Positions 45,629 through 57,464 of a stretch of 64,000 nucleotides of DNA are shown piece after piece (within the stretch, counting starts at the first letter, position 1; the number at the start of each line of letters is the position of its first letter). The notes under the pieces are model-generated. The model saw only the letters and a program-made list of their open reading frames with translations. It had not been told where the DNA came from and made no database searches. This stretch comes from Candidatus Kaistia colombiensis (GTDB lineage: Bacteria > Pseudomonadota > Alphaproteobacteria > Rhizobiales > Kaistiaceae), in the NCBI GenBank assembly GCA_029203105.1, contig CP119318.1:3243721-3307720 (forward strand), read 5' to 3'. Position numbers and translations under genes: made by a program.

Positions 45629-46546
45629 CTAGCGCACATTGTCGAGGATGCGCTTGCACTCCAGAAGCTCCATCAGCGTCGCCTGCAGTCGCTCGCGATC
45701 GCCATGGCCAAGCAACGCCTGCGGCTGTGCCGCGGTGTGCGCCGCAACGGGACGCTCGGTCGGGCGCCCCGGCACCGTTTCCGGCTCCTCATCGTCGATG
45801 GAAGCGGCATGCGAACGAACCGACGCCAGGCTGGGCTCCCGCCGTGCAGCCGATTGCGGTGGCGCGTAGACGGATTCGGGGCGCGACGACGGTGCGCCTC
45901 GCCCGGGCGGCATCGGCAAATCAGCAACCAGAGGCGGCAAATAGTCATCGGCCGAGGATGGCAGATCGGGAGGCGCGGCCGGAATGCGCGAATGACCGGG
46001 CTGCGGCTCGCCATGCCCGCGCGCGCCGTAGGACGCCTCGTGCTGCTGGCGGTCGCTGGAAACCCGCACTTCCGGCGCATCGGCGTGACGATCCGAATGC
46101 GCATGGCGCGACCCGAACATCGGCTCGCGCCTTCCGTCGGTATCGCGGTCGGAAGCGTGCAGCTCGGGTTCGTCGAAATCGTCGTCCGAGACGGAATCGT
46201 AGTCGAGATCTTCGGCGATCTCGCCGCTGAAATCATCCGGCTCGTCGCCTTCGGGCGCCGGATCGAGCCCCATGCCTTGACCGGCGGCAACGACGTGGCG
46301 CAGCCCCTGTTCCTTCAGGATCCGCTGCACGCCCTTGATCGTATAGCCTTCGCCGTAGAGGAGGCGCCGGATTCCGCGCAGCAGTTCGACGTCGTCCGGG
46401 CGGTAGTAGCGCCGGCCACCGCCGCGCTTCATCGGCTTGATTTGGGCGAACCGGGTCTCCCAGAACCGCAGGACATGCTGTGGCAGGTCGAGTTCCTCGG
46501 CCACCTCACTGATCGTCCGGAACGCGTCAGGACCCTTGGACATCAA
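45629..46546 (-). CDS. MerR-family transcriptional regulator with long disordered C-terminal region
   Basis: N-terminal [26 protein letters not shown]...GGRRYY. It sits next to ihfA, as in many alphaproteobacteria. Confidence 0.85.
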   Translation of the reverse strand: MMSKGPDAFRTISEVAEELDLPQHVLRFWETRFAQIKPMKRGGGRRYYRPDDVELLRGIRRLLYGEGYTIKGVQRILKEQGLRHVVAAGQGMGLDPAPEGDEPDDFSGEIAEDLDYDSVSDDDFDEPELHASDRDTDGRREPMFGSRHAHSDRHADAPEVRVSSDRQQHEASYGARGHGEPQPGHSRIPAAPPDLPSSADDYLPPLVADLPMPPGRGAPSSRPESVYAPPQSAARREPSLASVRSHAASIDDEEPETVPGRPTERPVAAHTAAQPQALLGHGDRERLQATLMELLECKRILDNVR

Positions 46547-46585
46547 CTCTCACACTGCGGCGCCCGCTTCGTCCGACTGCGGGGA

Positions 46586-46915
46586 TCACTCATCCTCGGA
46601 TGTGTCATGCCCGTTCGGGACGAGTGAGCCGTTGATCCTCTGCTTGAGGACATTGCTGGGCTTGAAGACCATCACGCGGCGCGGTGCGATCGGAACTTCT
46701 TCGCCCGTCTTCGGATTGCGTCCGACCCGCTCGCCCTTGGAGCGGACCAGAAACGACCCGAATGACGACAGTTTGACAGATTCGCCCCGGACAATGCACG
46801 CGCTGATCTCATCAAGAACCGACTCGACGAGATCGGCGGATTCCGTGCGCGACAATCCTACCTTTTGATACACCGCCTCACAAAGGTCGGCGCGCGTGAC
46901 AGTCTTGCCTGACAT
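46586..46915 (-). CDS. ihfA: Integration host factor subunit alpha
   Basis: 109 aa. Contains KTVTRADL and [23 protein letters not shown] (DNA-binding arm). Confidence 0.93.
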   Translation of the reverse strand: MSGKTVTRADLCEAVYQKVGLSRTESADLVESVLDEISACIVRGESVKLSSFGSFLVRSKGERVGRNPKTGEEVPIAPRRVMVFKPSNVLKQRINGSLVPNGHDTSEDE

Positions 46916-47038
46916 GGTCTCGTTTCCCGATGTTCTGCTTGGCGACCCAACGTCACTTCCCCTCCGGCAAGCCTATTGCCAGAGCACGGACCGGTCAACG
47001 TCCTTCATCCTAAGGTGCGGGCATCTCTGGCAGATTTC

Positions 47039-48016
47039 CTACCAGCGAAGCAAGACGGAGCCCCAGGTAAAGCCACCGCCCATCGCTTCGAGCAGGATCA
47101 GGTCGCCCCGCTTGATGCGCCCATCGTCGCGCGCGACCGAAAGGGCGAGCGGAATGGAGGCGGCGGACGTGTTTCCGTGCAACGAAACCGTGCGCACGAC
47201 CTTGTCGCTCTCGATGCCGAGCTTCTTGGCGCTGCCGTCGATGATGCGCAGATTGGCCTGGTGCGGCACGAACCAGTCGACATCCTCGGCACCATAGCCG
47301 GTGGCGCGGAAGGCGTCCTCGATCACGTCGGTGATCATGCCGACCGCATGCTTGAAGACCTCGCGGCCCTCCATGCGCAGATGGCCGACCGTTCCCGTCG
47401 AGGAGGGGCCACCATCGACATAGAGCTTTTCGCGGTGACGGCCATCCGAGCGCAGATGCGACGTCAGCACGCCGCGATCTTCACGGGTGCCGTCCTGAAC
47501 GGAGGCGCCGAGAATGACCGCGCCGGCGCCATCGCCGAACAGAACGCAGGTGGTGCGGTCGGTCCAGTCGAGGATGCGCGAGAAGGTCTCGGCGCCGATG
47601 ACGAGGATGCGCTTGGCCTGGCTGGCGCGAATGAACGCGTCGGCGGTCGAAAGCGCGAACACGAAACCGGAGCAGACGGCCTGCATGTCGAACGCGGCGC
47701 CATGCTCCATGCCGAGCTTGCGCTGTACGGTGACCGCGGTCGCGGGAAAGGTGTCGTCGGGCGTGGCGGTTGCGACGATGATCATGTCGATCTCGCCGAT
47801 GGACAGGCCGGCATCGGTCAGCGCCAGCTTTGCCGCGGCGGTGGCCAGATCGGACGTCAGCTCGCCTTCGGCAGCGATGTGCCGCTCGCGGATCCCCGTG
47901 CGCTGGACGATCCAGTCGTCCGAGGTCTCCACCATTTCCGACAGCTGCGCGTTGGTCAGGGTCTTCTCGGGCAGGTAGCTGCCGCAGCCGAGAACGACCG
48001 AACGGATGAAACTCAC
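47039..48016 (-). CDS. fabH: Beta-ketoacyl-ACP synthase III
   Basis: 325 aa. Catalytic Cys in [10 protein letters not shown], His in PHQANLRII, Asn in [12 protein letters not shown]. Confidence 0.93.
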   Translation of the reverse strand: MSFIRSVVLGCGSYLPEKTLTNAQLSEMVETSDDWIVQRTGIRERHIAAEGELTSDLATAAAKLALTDAGLSIGEIDMIIVATATPDDTFPATAVTVQRKLGMEHGAAFDMQAVCSGFVFALSTADAFIRASQAKRILVIGAETFSRILDWTDRTTCVLFGDGAGAVILGASVQDGTREDRGVLTSHLRSDGRHREKLYVDGGPSSTGTVGHLRMEGREVFKHAVGMITDVIEDAFRATGYGAEDVDWFVPHQANLRIIDGSAKKLGIESDKVVRTVSLHGNTSAASIPLALSVARDDGRIKRGDLILLEAMGGGFTWGSVLLRW

Positions 48017-49083
48017 ATCACACCTTCATCGACGATCGCCGCCACACCCCGCGCGAAGCCCGCGCGGTGGTAGTCGGAGAGATCTTGATTGATCTTGGAC
48101 AAGAAGTCGTTCTTGGCCATGCTGTAGCCGACTTCGATCGCATTGGCGAAGCCGACGCCATCGGTGCCGCCATGGCTCTTGATGACGATGCCGTTGAGCC
48201 CGAGCAGCACGGCGCCGTTCGAGGCGCGCGGGTCGAGCTTCTGGCGAAGCTGCTGGAACGCGCCCTTGGCGAACAGATAGCCGATCTTGCCCATCAGCGT
48301 CCGGCTCATCGCGTCGCGCAGATGCGTCGATATCTGGCGCGCCGTGCCTTCGGCGGTCTTCAGCGCGATATTGCCGGCGAAAGCCTCGGTGACGACAACG
48401 TCGACCGTGCCCTTGCCGATGTCATCGCCTTCGACGAAGCCCATATATTTCAGATGCTTGAGGTCAGCCTCGCGCAGGAGCTGCCCGGCGACGCGAACCT
48501 CCTCAAGCCCCTTCATCTCCTCGACGCCGATGTTCAGCAGGCCGACGGTTGGCTTCTCGACATCGAGAAGCGCCCGCGCCATCGCTCCGCCCATCATGGC
48601 GAAATCGATCAGCTGCTGCGCATCGGCATTGATGGTCGCGCCGACGTCGAGCACCACGCTCTCGCCGCGAAGCGTCGGCCAGATCGCGGCCAGCGCCGGG
48701 CGCTCGATGCCAGCCATGGTGCGCAGGCAGAACTTGGACATCGCCATCAGCGCGCCGGTGTTGCCGGCCGAGAGCGCGACATCGGCCTCGCCCTTTTTGA
48801 CGGCATCCAGTGCCCGCCACATCGACGACTTCCAGCGACCCTTGCGCAGGGCCTGGCTGGGCTTGTCGTCCATCTGAACGGTGACGTCGCAATGGGTGAA
48901 GGTCGAAGCCGCCTTGACCCGTGGATAGGATTCGAGAAGCGGCAAAACCGCCCTCTCCTCACCGAAGAGCTGGTAGCGCAGCTCGGGACGACGGACGAGT
49001 GCAATGTCGGCACCCGCAAGCACTGTCGCGGGACCGTTATCGCCGCCCATCGCGTCGATCGCTATTCTAATCGCTTGAACCAT
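48013..49083 (-). CDS. plsX: Phosphate acyltransferase PlsX
   Basis: 356 aa from [18 protein letters not shown] (ATG 49083). Its stop overlaps the fabH start. Confidence 0.92.
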   Translation of the reverse strand: MVQAIRIAIDAMGGDNGPATVLAGADIALVRRPELRYQLFGEERAVLPLLESYPRVKAASTFTHCDVTVQMDDKPSQALRKGRWKSSMWRALDAVKKGEADVALSAGNTGALMAMSKFCLRTMAGIERPALAAIWPTLRGESVVLDVGATINADAQQLIDFAMMGGAMARALLDVEKPTVGLLNIGVEEMKGLEEVRVAGQLLREADLKHLKYMGFVEGDDIGKGTVDVVVTEAFAGNIALKTAEGTARQISTHLRDAMSRTLMGKIGYLFAKGAFQQLRQKLDPRASNGAVLLGLNGIVIKSHGGTDGVGFANAIEVGYSMAKNDFLSKINQDLSDYHRAGFARGVAAIVDEGVM

Positions 49084-49209
49084 TCCGCCCCTGTTCGACG
49101 CGGCCGCTCTGAGCGAAGGCCCGGCGACAACGGCGCTGGAAAATAACTGTTTCGGCCGGTGAGACAACAGTCTTTCAATCACGGTGTGGCCGATTCAAGG
49201 CCTTTGCTA

Positions 49210-49749
49210 TCATTTATCGCGCAGCTTCGACAGGGCTGCGAAGGGCGAAGCCGGGTTTGTCACCGCCTGGTCATCGGAGCCTTCGAGCGCCGCGCCCGGC
49301 GCGCGCGGATAGGGATCGAGCGCCAGAGCCAGTTGCTCCGCCAGGATCGGTCCGAAATCGATGGAATTGCCCTCGAGCGGCTCCGGCGGATCCTCCTCGT
49401 CATAGACGACGATCACTTCCGCCTCAGCGACCGTCTTGGGATCCGCGGCGACGGCGTCGGCCGGCAGGAAGCTCAGGGAGAATCGCTCGTCGATACGCGC
49501 CGGCACCGGCTGAAGCGTCACGACGCAGGCCTGCACCACATCGGCGCGCAGCCGTCCCTCCACCCGGACGCCCTTCACGCCCCAGGGCGTGATGTCGAGA
49601 TCGGCCTCGAGGCTGTCGAGCGACAGCAGGTTGAAGTCCTTCGCCAGGCTGGCGCGCTCGTTCGTATTGGCGACGAGATGCTGCTTCACCCCGGCATTGC
49701 CGAGATGGGAGACGTCGAAATGTCGATGCAGGGAAAGCTCGGTCATCAT
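49210..49749 (-). CDS. YceD/DUF177 family protein
   Basis: 179 aa with an acidic C-terminus, at the conserved position upstream of plsX. No rpmF lies between them. Confidence 0.75.
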   Translation of the reverse strand: MMTELSLHRHFDVSHLGNAGVKQHLVANTNERASLAKDFNLLSLDSLEADLDITPWGVKGVRVEGRLRADVVQACVVTLQPVPARIDERFSLSFLPADAVAADPKTVAEAEVIVVYDEEDPPEPLEGNSIDFGPILAEQLALALDPYPRAPGAALEGSDDQAVTNPASPFAALSKLRDK

Positions 49750-50297
49750 GCTGCCGCGGAAGGAGTGGGAAGGGACGAATAGTCAAGTTTGCCCGAGAGA
49801 ATCGCCGGCAAGGACTGAGCCGCCAGCGTCGCGACCGACGCCTCGACATAGGCGGCGATCTGCTCGCCGACCCCGGCGGGCGCACCGTCGGGGAATATGT
49901 TGCGCTCGATCGCATCGACAAGCTGGGCACGCTCGCCCGAGGCGAGCGCCTCGTCATAGGCGCGAATCCGGCCGAAGAAGGCCTCGGCCATCTTCTTCAG
50001 CTTCTTGGGCACGGAAATATCGCCGACGCCCATTTCGCGCAGCGTCCCGTCCATGTCCTTCAGAAAGATATCAAATACGTCCTGACCAATCTGGCGGTCC
50101 TCGACGCCTTCGTCCTTCAGGCGATGGAACAGCAGGAATCCGTGCAGGACGATCATGTCGAAACGACCATCAAGCGTATCCGGCACGGCGAACTCGGTGT
50201 AGAGCGCAGGCTGCCGTGCCTGCGCCACGATGGCGCCGTAAAGCGAATATGCTATGGCCTCGTTCCTGCGATTGCGAGTGAACAGGCGGCGGAACAT
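49746..50297 (-). CDS. Ubiquinol-cytochrome c chaperone (Cbp3-like) domain protein
   Basis: 183 aa from MFRRLFTRN (ATG 50297). Contains DGRFDMIVLHGFLLFHRL and LREMGVGDISVPKKLKKMAEAFFGR. Confidence 0.75.
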   Translation of the reverse strand: MFRRLFTRNRRNEAIAYSLYGAIVAQARQPALYTEFAVPDTLDGRFDMIVLHGFLLFHRLKDEGVEDRQIGQDVFDIFLKDMDGTLREMGVGDISVPKKLKKMAEAFFGRIRAYDEALASGERAQLVDAIERNIFPDGAPAGVGEQIAAYVEASVATLAAQSLPAILSGKLDYSSLPTPSAAA

Positions 50298-50454
50298 TCG
50301 ACCGATCTCCAAATCCGGTTGGTCAGCTTGGGCATCAAGGCCGCGCTCTCTTGCCAGAGATGGTGCTGCCCTTTGCCCTTGCAAGGAAGATTGCCACGAG
50401 CCCTAGCGCAGGCTAGGGAGAATGCCAACCCAGCGACTGGGCGAGGAGAATGGA

Positions 50455-50982
50455 ATGGAGTTCAGCATGAGAGATCGGCGCTTGGCAGCCAGCCCCATCG
50501 TGCGGCGCGCCAGCGTCGGCATGCTGGCGGCGGTTGCGATCGTTTCGCTGGGCGCATGCACGAAGATTGCGAGCGGCGCCGGCGGCCTTGGCGGCCTGAA
50601 CGAGACGTATCAATCCGGCTATGTGCCTCCGCCGAATGCCGTCGAGCAGGTGCCGGTCGGCGCTAGCCGCGAACAGGTGCAGATCGTGCTCGGTTCGCCG
50701 TCGACCACGGCCGAATATGACGGCGAGGTCTATTATTACATCAGCCAGACGCGCAAGCGCCCGGTCGCCTTCATGAACCGTAAGGTCGTCGACCAGAAAA
50801 TCCTGGCCGTCTATTTCAACAAGAAGAACGAAGTCGACAAGGTCGCCAATTACGGCATCCAGGACGGCAAGATCTTCGACTATGTCAGCCAGACGACGCC
50901 GACGGGCGGCAAGGACCAGGGCTTCCTGGAGCAGGTCCTGACCGGAACGGTCGGCATGGGCAGCAATCCGTTCGGCACCTGA
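50455..50982 (+). CDS. bamE: Outer membrane protein assembly factor BamE (SmpA/OmlA lipoprotein)
   Basis: Lipobox SLGAC. SmpA_OmlA core VGASREQVQIVLGSPSTTAEYDGEVYYYI. Start at ATG 50455, preceded by GAGGAG; alternatives are 50422 and 50467. Confidence 0.8.
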   Translation: MEFSMRDRRLAASPIVRRASVGMLAAVAIVSLGACTKIASGAGGLGGLNETYQSGYVPPPNAVEQVPVGASREQVQIVLGSPSTTAEYDGEVYYYISQTRKRPVAFMNRKVVDQKILAVYFNKKNEVDKVANYGIQDGKIFDYVSQTTPTGGKDQGFLEQVLTGTVGMGSNPFGT

Positions 50983-51033
50983 TTTCGGCGCGTCCCGCGC
51001 TGGACGCACCCGAATCAGCGTTGCCAACACGTC

Positions 51034-51077
51034 AAGAAGAAGGGCCCTCCCGCATCGCGGAGAGGGCCCTTCTTCTT
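51034..51077. terminator. Bidirectional intrinsic terminator
   Basis: aagaagaagggccctc-N12-gagggcccttcttctt is a perfect 16-bp stem between the convergent bamE and hppA genes. Confidence 0.85.
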
Positions 51078-51103
51078 ATGCGATGCGGCTGAATGGGCCG
51101 GCG

Positions 51104-53251
51104 CTACTGCGCGAGCACCGCCAGCAGCAGCAAGGCCACGATATTCGTGATCTTGATCGCCGGATTGACGGCCGGACCGGCCGTATCCTTATAGGGATCG
51201 CCAACGGTGTCGCCCGTCACCGATGCCTTGTGCGCGTCCGACCCCTTGTAGTGGGTCTGGCCGTTGGCATCGGAGAAACCGTCCTCGAACGACTTCTTGG
51301 CATTGTCCCAGGCGCCGCCGCCCGAGGTCATCGAGATGGCGACGAACAGGCCCGTCACGATGACGCCGAGCAGCATCGCGCCGACGGTCGAGAAGGCTTC
51401 GCTCTTGCCGGCGATCCAGTAGATCAGGAAGTAGACGACGATCGGCGCCAGCACCGGCAGGAGGGACGGAACCACCATCTCCTTGATCGCCGCCTTGGTC
51501 AGGATGTCGACGGCGCGGCCGTAATCCGGCTTCTCCGTTCCCGCCATGATGCCCGGCTTCTCCCGGAACTGGCGCCGGACCTCCTCGACAATCGATCCCG
51601 CGGCCCGGCCCACCGCCGTCATGGTGATGCCGCCGAACAGGAAGGGAATCAGACCGCCGAGCAGCAATCCGACGACGACATAGGGGTTGGACAGGGTGAA
51701 ATCGGGAACGACACCCTTGAAGTACTGGAAGGCGGTGGCGCCCTCTTTGTTCGCCTCGGCGATGAAGTAGGTCAGGTCGTAGTTGTAGGCGGCGAACAGG
51801 ACGAGCGCACCGAGGCCGGCCGAACCGATGGCATAGCCCTTGGTGACCGCCTTGGTGGTGTTGCCGACCGCATCGAGCGCGTCGGTCGACTTGCGCACTT
51901 CCTTCGGCAAGCCCGCCATTTCGGCAATGCCGCCGGCATTGTCGGTCACCGGGCCAAAGGCATCGAGCGCCACCACCATCCCGGCCAGGCCGAGCATGGT
52001 CGAGACCGCGACGGCGGTACCGAACAGGCCGGCGAGCGAGTAGGTCGAGATGATACCGGCGACGATGACAAGGGTCGGCAGCGCCGTCGATTCGAGCGAC
52101 ACGGCCAGGCCCTGGATCACATTGGTGCCATGACCGGTCACCGAGGCTTGCGAGATCGACCGGACCGGGCGGAACCCGATGCCGGTATAGTATTCGGTGA
52201 TCCAGACGATCAAGCCCGTGACGACGAGGCCGACGAGACCGCACAGGAACAGGCGCGTGCCCGTGATGGTGAAGCCCGCGGCCGTGCCGATCTCGCCCCA
52301 GCCGATCAGAAGCTGGGTCGCGATGGCGAGGCCGATGATCGAGAACAGCGCCGAGGCGATGAAGCCCTTGTAGAGCGCCCCCATGATCGACTGGTTGGCG
52401 CCCAGCTTGACGAAGAAGGTGCCGGCAATCGACGTCAGGATGCACACGGCGCCGATGCCGAGCGGATAGAGGATGATGTTGCCGAAGGCCGGCGACGCCG
52501 CAAAGAAGATCGCCGCAAGCACCATGGTGGCAACCACCGTCACCGCATAGGTCTCGAACAGGTCGGCCGCCATGCCGGCGCAATCGCCGACATTGTCGCC
52601 GACATTGTCGGCGATGGTGGCCGGGTTGCGCGGATCATCCTCCGGAATTCCCGCCTCGACCTTGCCAACCAGATCGCCGCCGACATCCGCCCCCTTGGTG
52701 AAGATGCCGCCGCCGAGGCGGGCGAAGATCGAGATCAGCGAGGCGCCGAAGCCGAGCGCGACGAGCGCGTTGATGACGATGCGGTCATCCGGCGAATAGC
52801 CGGCGAAGTGGGTCAGGATCAGGAAGTAGCCAGAGACGCCGAGCAGCGCGAGGCCCGCGACCAGCATTCCGGTGATTGCTCCGGACTTGAAGGCGATCTC
52901 GAGGCCGTCGGCCAGACTCTTTGTCGCCGCCTGGGCGGTGCGCACATTGGCGCGAACGGAGACGTTCATGCCGATGAAGCCGGCGAGGCCGGATAGAATG
53001 GCGCCGATGGCAAAGCCGATCGCCACGGTCAGCGACAGCAGCCAGGCGACGATGATGAAGATGACCACGCCGACAATGGCAATGGTCGTGTATTGGCGCT
53101 TGAGATAGGCATTCGCCCCTTCCCGCACCGCCGCTGCGATTTCCTGCATGCGGGCAGAGCCAGCATCGGCCGCGAGAACAGACCGCGTCGCCCACACGCC
53201 ATAGGCGAGCGCAAGCAACGCACATAGAATTATGAGATAGATCACGTCCAC
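51104..53251 (-). CDS. hppA: Membrane-bound proton-translocating pyrophosphatase
   Basis: About 715 aa. Contains [37 protein letters not shown] and many TM helices. GTG start at 53251/53245 after GGAGGA; the track extension to 53404 is discounted. Confidence 0.92.
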   Translation of the reverse strand: MDVIYLIILCALLALAYGVWATRSVLAADAGSARMQEIAAAVREGANAYLKRQYTTIAIVGVVIFIIVAWLLSLTVAIGFAIGAILSGLAGFIGMNVSVRANVRTAQAATKSLADGLEIAFKSGAITGMLVAGLALLGVSGYFLILTHFAGYSPDDRIVINALVALGFGASLISIFARLGGGIFTKGADVGGDLVGKVEAGIPEDDPRNPATIADNVGDNVGDCAGMAADLFETYAVTVVATMVLAAIFFAASPAFGNIILYPLGIGAVCILTSIAGTFFVKLGANQSIMGALYKGFIASALFSIIGLAIATQLLIGWGEIGTAAGFTITGTRLFLCGLVGLVVTGLIVWITEYYTGIGFRPVRSISQASVTGHGTNVIQGLAVSLESTALPTLVIVAGIISTYSLAGLFGTAVAVSTMLGLAGMVVALDAFGPVTDNAGGIAEMAGLPKEVRKSTDALDAVGNTTKAVTKGYAIGSAGLGALVLFAAYNYDLTYFIAEANKEGATAFQYFKGVVPDFTLSNPYVVVGLLLGGLIPFLFGGITMTAVGRAAGSIVEEVRRQFREKPGIMAGTEKPDYGRAVDILTKAAIKEMVVPSLLPVLAPIVVYFLIYWIAGKSEAFSTVGAMLLGVIVTGLFVAISMTSGGGAWDNAKKSFEDGFSDANGQTHYKGSDAHKASVTGDTVGDPYKDTAGPAVNPAIKITNIVALLLLAVLAQ

Positions 53252-53387
53252 ATTCCTCCTCTGGCCGGCCCTTGTTGTTACGGCCGTCCGAGGACGCCGC
53301 GCCGGCTGAACCGTGCGGCGGGAAAGAGCAGCGTTCCTCCCAGCTTTTCCCCCCGTAAAGCGAGTTGAGAACGGCTTTACGACGCGG

Positions 53388-54617
53388 TCAAGCTTTCTCC
53401 CCACCGGACGACCGGCGCAGCAGGAAAGCCCAGGTCAGCGCGACGAGACTCAAGATCACAACCGGGAAGACGATCATGTTGATGAAGGCCCAGCCGGGCC
53501 CGCCGATCAGCTTGCCGGAGAGGAGCGATGCGATAGCCGCCGACCCTAAGACGAGGAAATCATTCAGACCCTGCACCCTGCCCCTCTCTTCCGGCCGGTA
53601 GGTTTCCGAAAGCATGGCGGTGGCGCCGATGAAGCCGAAATTCCAGCCGAGACCCAGCAGGATCAGCGTGATCCAAAAGTGGGCGAGCGTAATCCCCGAG
53701 ATGCCGACGACGGCGCAGGCGGTCAGGAGCGCCATGCCGGCGATGACGATTCGGTCCTTGCCGAATCGAACGATCAGGCGCCCGGTGAAAAAGCTCGGCC
53801 CGAACATCGCCAGAACATGCCACTGGATGCCCAGCGCCGCGTCGCTCTGGGTCAATCCGCAGCCGATCATGGCGAGCGGCGCCGCCGTCATGACGAGGCT
53901 CATCAGGGCGTAGGAGGAAATCGCGCAGAGCACGGCGGCGATGAAACGAGGCTGGCGGGCGATCTCGCGCAACGGCCGCCCCATGGGACCGTCGCGATGA
54001 CGGAGCGCCGCGCGCGGCGGCGTGACATCACGAACGAGGCTCGCGATCAGGAGACCGATGCAGCCGAGCGCCGCCGCCGCCAGAAAGCTGCCGGCGAAAG
54101 CAATCGGGCTCAGCCAGCCATTGGTCAGGATGACGGTCTGCGGCCCGATGATGCCGGAAAAAATGCCTCCGGCCATGACGAGCGACATAGCCTTGGTACG
54201 GACCGACATGCTGCCGGCGTCGATGGCGGCAAAGCGGTATTGCTGATTGAACGCGCCGGACATGCCGATCAAGAACAGAGCGGCGACGAACAGCCAGAAT
54301 GCTCCCTGCATCAACGCATAGGTGGCAAGCAGCCCGCCCAGCACCGCCGGCGCCGCGCCGAGGACGAAGCCCTTGCGGCGGCCGATCCGGCTCATCAGCA
54401 CGGCAGCGGGGATCGTCGTCAGCGCCGATCCGATCGTCGAGGCCGTCACGGGCAGCGTCGCCAGCGACTTGTCGGGACCGAGAAGGTAGACACCCGCCAG
54501 GCCGCCCAACGTCACCGCGATCGGCAGGATCGATCCGTTGATGGCATTGGCCGACATCAGGACGACCGCATTGCGGCGCACCTGACGATCCAGTTCCAGC
54601 GTGTTCTGGCTATCCAC
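53388..54617 (-). CDS. MFS transporter
   Basis: 409 aa, 12 predicted TM helices, with a loop 2-3 type motif (MSRIGRRKG). Confidence 0.8.
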   Translation of the reverse strand: MDSQNTLELDRQVRRNAVVLMSANAINGSILPIAVTLGGLAGVYLLGPDKSLATLPVTASTIGSALTTIPAAVLMSRIGRRKGFVLGAAPAVLGGLLATYALMQGAFWLFVAALFLIGMSGAFNQQYRFAAIDAGSMSVRTKAMSLVMAGGIFSGIIGPQTVILTNGWLSPIAFAGSFLAAAALGCIGLLIASLVRDVTPPRAALRHRDGPMGRPLREIARQPRFIAAVLCAISSYALMSLVMTAAPLAMIGCGLTQSDAALGIQWHVLAMFGPSFFTGRLIVRFGKDRIVIAGMALLTACAVVGISGITLAHFWITLILLGLGWNFGFIGATAMLSETYRPEERGRVQGLNDFLVLGSAAIASLLSGKLIGGPGWAFINMIVFPVVILSLVALTWAFLLRRSSGGEKA

Positions 54618-54694
54618 GACCGTTCCCCCGCGCCCGCCGGAATCGGCAGAGCTTCCGCCAAGGCAAAATCATCTAGCAGAAATGCTGCCGACAA

Positions 54695-55690
54695 TCAGAA
54701 GTGATCGTGCGAGACGCGTCCCAGAGTGATTTTTGCTCCGCCGGCGTCGATCACGGCCGGAGCGCCCTCTCCCTCGATGATGCCACCGATGACGGTGACG
54801 GGGATCCCGGCGCGGGCGGCGGCCGCCTTGTAGGCCGCAAGTCGAGCCTCCGGCATGGTCGCCAGGATTTCGTAGTCGTCGCCGCCGGTCAGCACGCTGG
54901 CAAGCGCCGTCGGATCGCCGGCCACCAGAGCGCGTGCCGCATCCGACAGCGGGATCCGCGCCGCCTCGACAACCGCGGAAACACCGGACGTGCGGGTGAC
55001 GTGGCTGAGATCGCCGATCAGCCCGTCCGAAATATCCAGCGCGGCATTGGCGAAGTCGCGCACTGCCTCGGCCAGGCCAAGGCGCGGCTGCGGATGAAGA
55101 TAACGGTCGAGGAGGTGGGAAACGCCCTCACCCGCCGTCGTGCCGTCGAGCGTGCCGAGCCGGAGCCGAAGCCCGAGCGCCGCGTCGCCGATCGTGCCGG
55201 ACACGACGATGACGTCCCCAACCTTGGCGCCGGATCGGCGCACGATGCGTCCTGCCGGCACCTGGCCCAATGCCGTCACCGAGAGCATCAGTCCGTCCGG
55301 CGATTTGACCGTATCGCCGCCGAGCAGCGGAATGCCGTAGCGCTTCTGGTCTTCAGCAAGACCGGCGGAAAAACCCGCCATCCAGTCTTCCGTCCAGTCG
55401 GCCGGAAGCGCGAGACCGAGCAGATAGCCGACCGGCGCGGCACCCTTGGCTGCGAGGTCCGAGAGGTTGACGCGCAGCGCCTTGCGGGCGATCGATTCCG
55501 GCGGATCGTCGGGAAAGAAATGCACGCCGGCGGCGACCATGTCCTTGGTCAGGACGAGGTCGAAGCCGGGCTCGGGGCGCAGCAACGCCGCGTCGTCCGT
55601 GAGCCCGAAGGCGCCGGGATCATCCGCCAGCGGGCGCAGATACCGGGCGATCATGCCGAACTCGCCGGGTCGCTCCCCCCGCGCCGGCAT
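54695..55690 (-). CDS. thiL: Thiamine-monophosphate kinase
   Basis: 331 aa from MPARGERPGEFGMIARYL (ATG 55690). AIR-synthase-related fold with DDAALL, VHFF and NLSDLAAKGA. Located downstream of nusB, as usual. Confidence 0.88.
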   Translation of the reverse strand: MPARGERPGEFGMIARYLRPLADDPGAFGLTDDAALLRPEPGFDLVLTKDMVAAGVHFFPDDPPESIARKALRVNLSDLAAKGAAPVGYLLGLALPADWTEDWMAGFSAGLAEDQKRYGIPLLGGDTVKSPDGLMLSVTALGQVPAGRIVRRSGAKVGDVIVVSGTIGDAALGLRLRLGTLDGTTAGEGVSHLLDRYLHPQPRLGLAEAVRDFANAALDISDGLIGDLSHVTRTSGVSAVVEAARIPLSDAARALVAGDPTALASVLTGGDDYEILATMPEARLAAYKAAAARAGIPVTVIGGIIEGEGAPAVIDAGGAKITLGRVSHDHF

Positions 55691-55692
55691 GC

Positions 55693-56214
55693 TCAGGCCT
55701 TGCCGTCTTGCGGCTCGTCGCCGAATTCCGCGCCGCGCAGCTTGCGCGCTACCGTGTCGAGCACGCCATTGACCATGCGCGGCTCGTCGCCGACGCCAAA
55801 GAAGGCACGGGCAATATCGACATACTCGGTGATGACGACGCGCGCCGGCACATCCTTGCGACCCATCAGTTCGTAGGTGCCGCAACGCAGAATGGCGCGC
55901 AGTGTGACGTCGATGCGCTTCAACGGCCAGTCCGGGGTCAGCGAGACGTGGATCGCCGGATCGAGATTGCGCTGCTCGCGCACGACGCCGGCGATGATGT
56001 CGCGGAAGAAGGCGGCGTCGGCATCGCGATACTGATCGCCATCGACCTCCTTGCCGAGACGATAATTCTCGAACTCGGCCACAACCTCGGTCAGCGTCTG
56101 GCCGCCGATATCAAGCTGGTAGAGCGCCTGAACGGCCGCGAGCCGTGCCGCGCCCCGCTGGTTGGCCGGGCGAAACATCCGCGGCGTCGGCGGGGCTTTG
56201 TCAGCGGTGGTCAT
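55693..56214 (-). CDS. nusB: Transcription antitermination factor NusB
   Basis: 173 aa. Contains [11 protein letters not shown] and [12 protein letters not shown]. Confidence 0.9.
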   Translation of the reverse strand: MTTADKAPPTPRMFRPANQRGAARLAAVQALYQLDIGGQTLTEVVAEFENYRLGKEVDGDQYRDADAAFFRDIIAGVVREQRNLDPAIHVSLTPDWPLKRIDVTLRAILRCGTYELMGRKDVPARVVITEYVDIARAFFGVGDEPRMVNGVLDTVARKLRGAEFGDEPQDGKA

Positions 56215-56216
56215 GA

Positions 56217-56669
56217 TCAGAGCCCGAATTTGCTGCGAAGGGCGACCATGGCGAGCGCGGCCTCGGCGGCGGCGCCGCCCTTGTTCTTTTCGCTGACGCG
56301 GGCGCGTGCGTAGGCCTGCGCGTCGTTTTCGACGGTCAGGATGCCGTTGCCGATCGCCAGCGACTCGATCACGGCCATGTCCATGATGGCGCGCGCCGAC
56401 TCGTTCGCGACGATGTCGTAGTGCGAGGTCTCGCCGCGGATCACGCAGCCCAGCACGACGAAGCCATCATAGCTGACTTCGTCCTCGTCCATCGCGGCCA
56501 GAGCCATCGAAAGCGCGGCCGGGATCTCGAGAACCCCCGGGACCGAAATGCGATCGAAGGTCGCGCCGGCGGTTTCGATGGCGGCCTTGGCGCCATTGAA
56601 CAGCTCGTCCGAAATATCTTCGTAGAAACGGGCGTCGATGACCAGCAGATGGGGGGCCGATTCGCTCAT
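56217..56669 (-). CDS. ribH: 6,7-dimethyl-8-ribityllumazine synthase
   Basis: 150 aa from [11 protein letters not shown] (ATG 56669). Contains [25 protein letters not shown] and [11 protein letters not shown]. Confidence 0.9.
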   Translation of the reverse strand: MSESAPHLLVIDARFYEDISDELFNGAKAAIETAGATFDRISVPGVLEIPAALSMALAAMDEDEVSYDGFVVLGCVIRGETSHYDIVANESARAIMDMAVIESLAIGNGILTVENDAQAYARARVSEKNKGGAAAEAALAMVALRSKFGL

Positions 56670-56849
56670 GTTGAAGCTCTCACTTTGACCGGTCACCCGG
56701 ATGGAAACGGGCGGCAGGTGAACCACGCGGTCCATGCGGTGTAAAGGGAAAAGAACGCCGCAGCCGCAGCCTTCCCCGCCCTGGCGAGGCGTTCACGCGC
56801 CGCTGGGGCGAGGCATCGCCGCGTATCCCTGCCACGGGGACCGCTCAGC

Positions 56850-57461
56850 TTACCCGGCTTCCGTCAGCCGTGCCACATAGCGCGCCATCTGGTCGACTTC
56901 GAGATGCACCCGGTCGCCGACCTTGCGCGCGCCCCAGGTGGTGACGTCGGGGCTCAGCGTGTGCGGGATCAGCAGCACCGAAAAGCGGTCGCCTTCGACC
57001 CAGTTGACGGTGAGCGAGGTGCCATCGAGCGCGACGGAGCCCTTGGTGGCGATGAAGCGCGCGAGGTTCGCCGGTGCCTCGAAGACGAAGCGCGTCGTCT
57101 CGCCGAGCTCCTCGCGGCTGACGATGGTGGCGAGGCCGTCGACATGGCCCGAGACCATATGGCCGCCGAGCTCGTCGCCGAGCTTCAGCGCCCGCTCGAG
57201 ATTGATCGCATCGCCCGCCTGCCAGTTGCCGACTTCCGTCAGCGCCAGCGTTTCCGGGGCCGCCTCGACATCGAAGCGCGTCCGGCCATTCGGCTGCGGG
57301 TCGATCGAGATCACGGTAAGGCAGACGCCGGCGCAGGCGATCGAGGCGCCGATCGCGATCGTCGCGCCGTCATAGCGGCTGTCGATCGTGATCTTGTTGA
57401 CGTCGTTGCGCCGCTCGACCGCCGAGACCCTGCCGACGTCGGTGATGATGCCCGTGAACAT
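56850..57461 (-). CDS. ribE: Riboflavin synthase alpha chain
   Basis: 203 aa starting MFTGIITDVG, with two lumazine-binding repeats (GASIACAGVCLTV and GSVALDGTSLTV). Confidence 0.92.
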   Translation of the reverse strand: MFTGIITDVGRVSAVERRNDVNKITIDSRYDGATIAIGASIACAGVCLTVISIDPQPNGRTRFDVEAAPETLALTEVGNWQAGDAINLERALKLGDELGGHMVSGHVDGLATIVSREELGETTRFVFEAPANLARFIATKGSVALDGTSLTVNWVEGDRFSVLLIPHTLSPDVTTWGARKVGDRVHLEVDQMARYVARLTEAG

Positions 57462-57464
57462 TGT

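Noticed and set aside
45313-46230. 305-aa + strand ORF starting at the tRNA.
   Set aside because: It begins inside the tRNA-Pro gene and runs antisense to the MerR-family gene. The translation is Arg/Ala/Pro-rich with no signature.
49084-49209. Expected rpmF (L32) between yceD and plsX.
   Set aside because: No ORF of any kind fits in this 126-nt spacer on the minus strand. The absence is probably the normal alphaproteobacterial arrangement rather than a loss.
51083-52996. 637-aa + strand ORF and 464-aa minus-strand ORF (51189..52583) overlapping hppA.
   Set aside because: Both have Arg/Gly/Asp/His-rich low-complexity translations with no domain signatures. The hppA frame has unambiguous pyrophosphatase motifs throughout, so these are GC-driven shadow frames.
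56670-56849. FMN (RFN) riboswitch in the ribE-ribH spacer, and likewise in the spacer upstream of ribD (58605-58706).
   Set aside because: Only fragments resemble RFN blocks: CAGGGCGGGG on the minus strand and CCGGATGGAAA on the plus strand. They lie on opposite strands, and the conserved AATTCCC/ACCGGCGGT and GACAGT-AAAGTC elements are missing. A covariance-model scan would be decisive.
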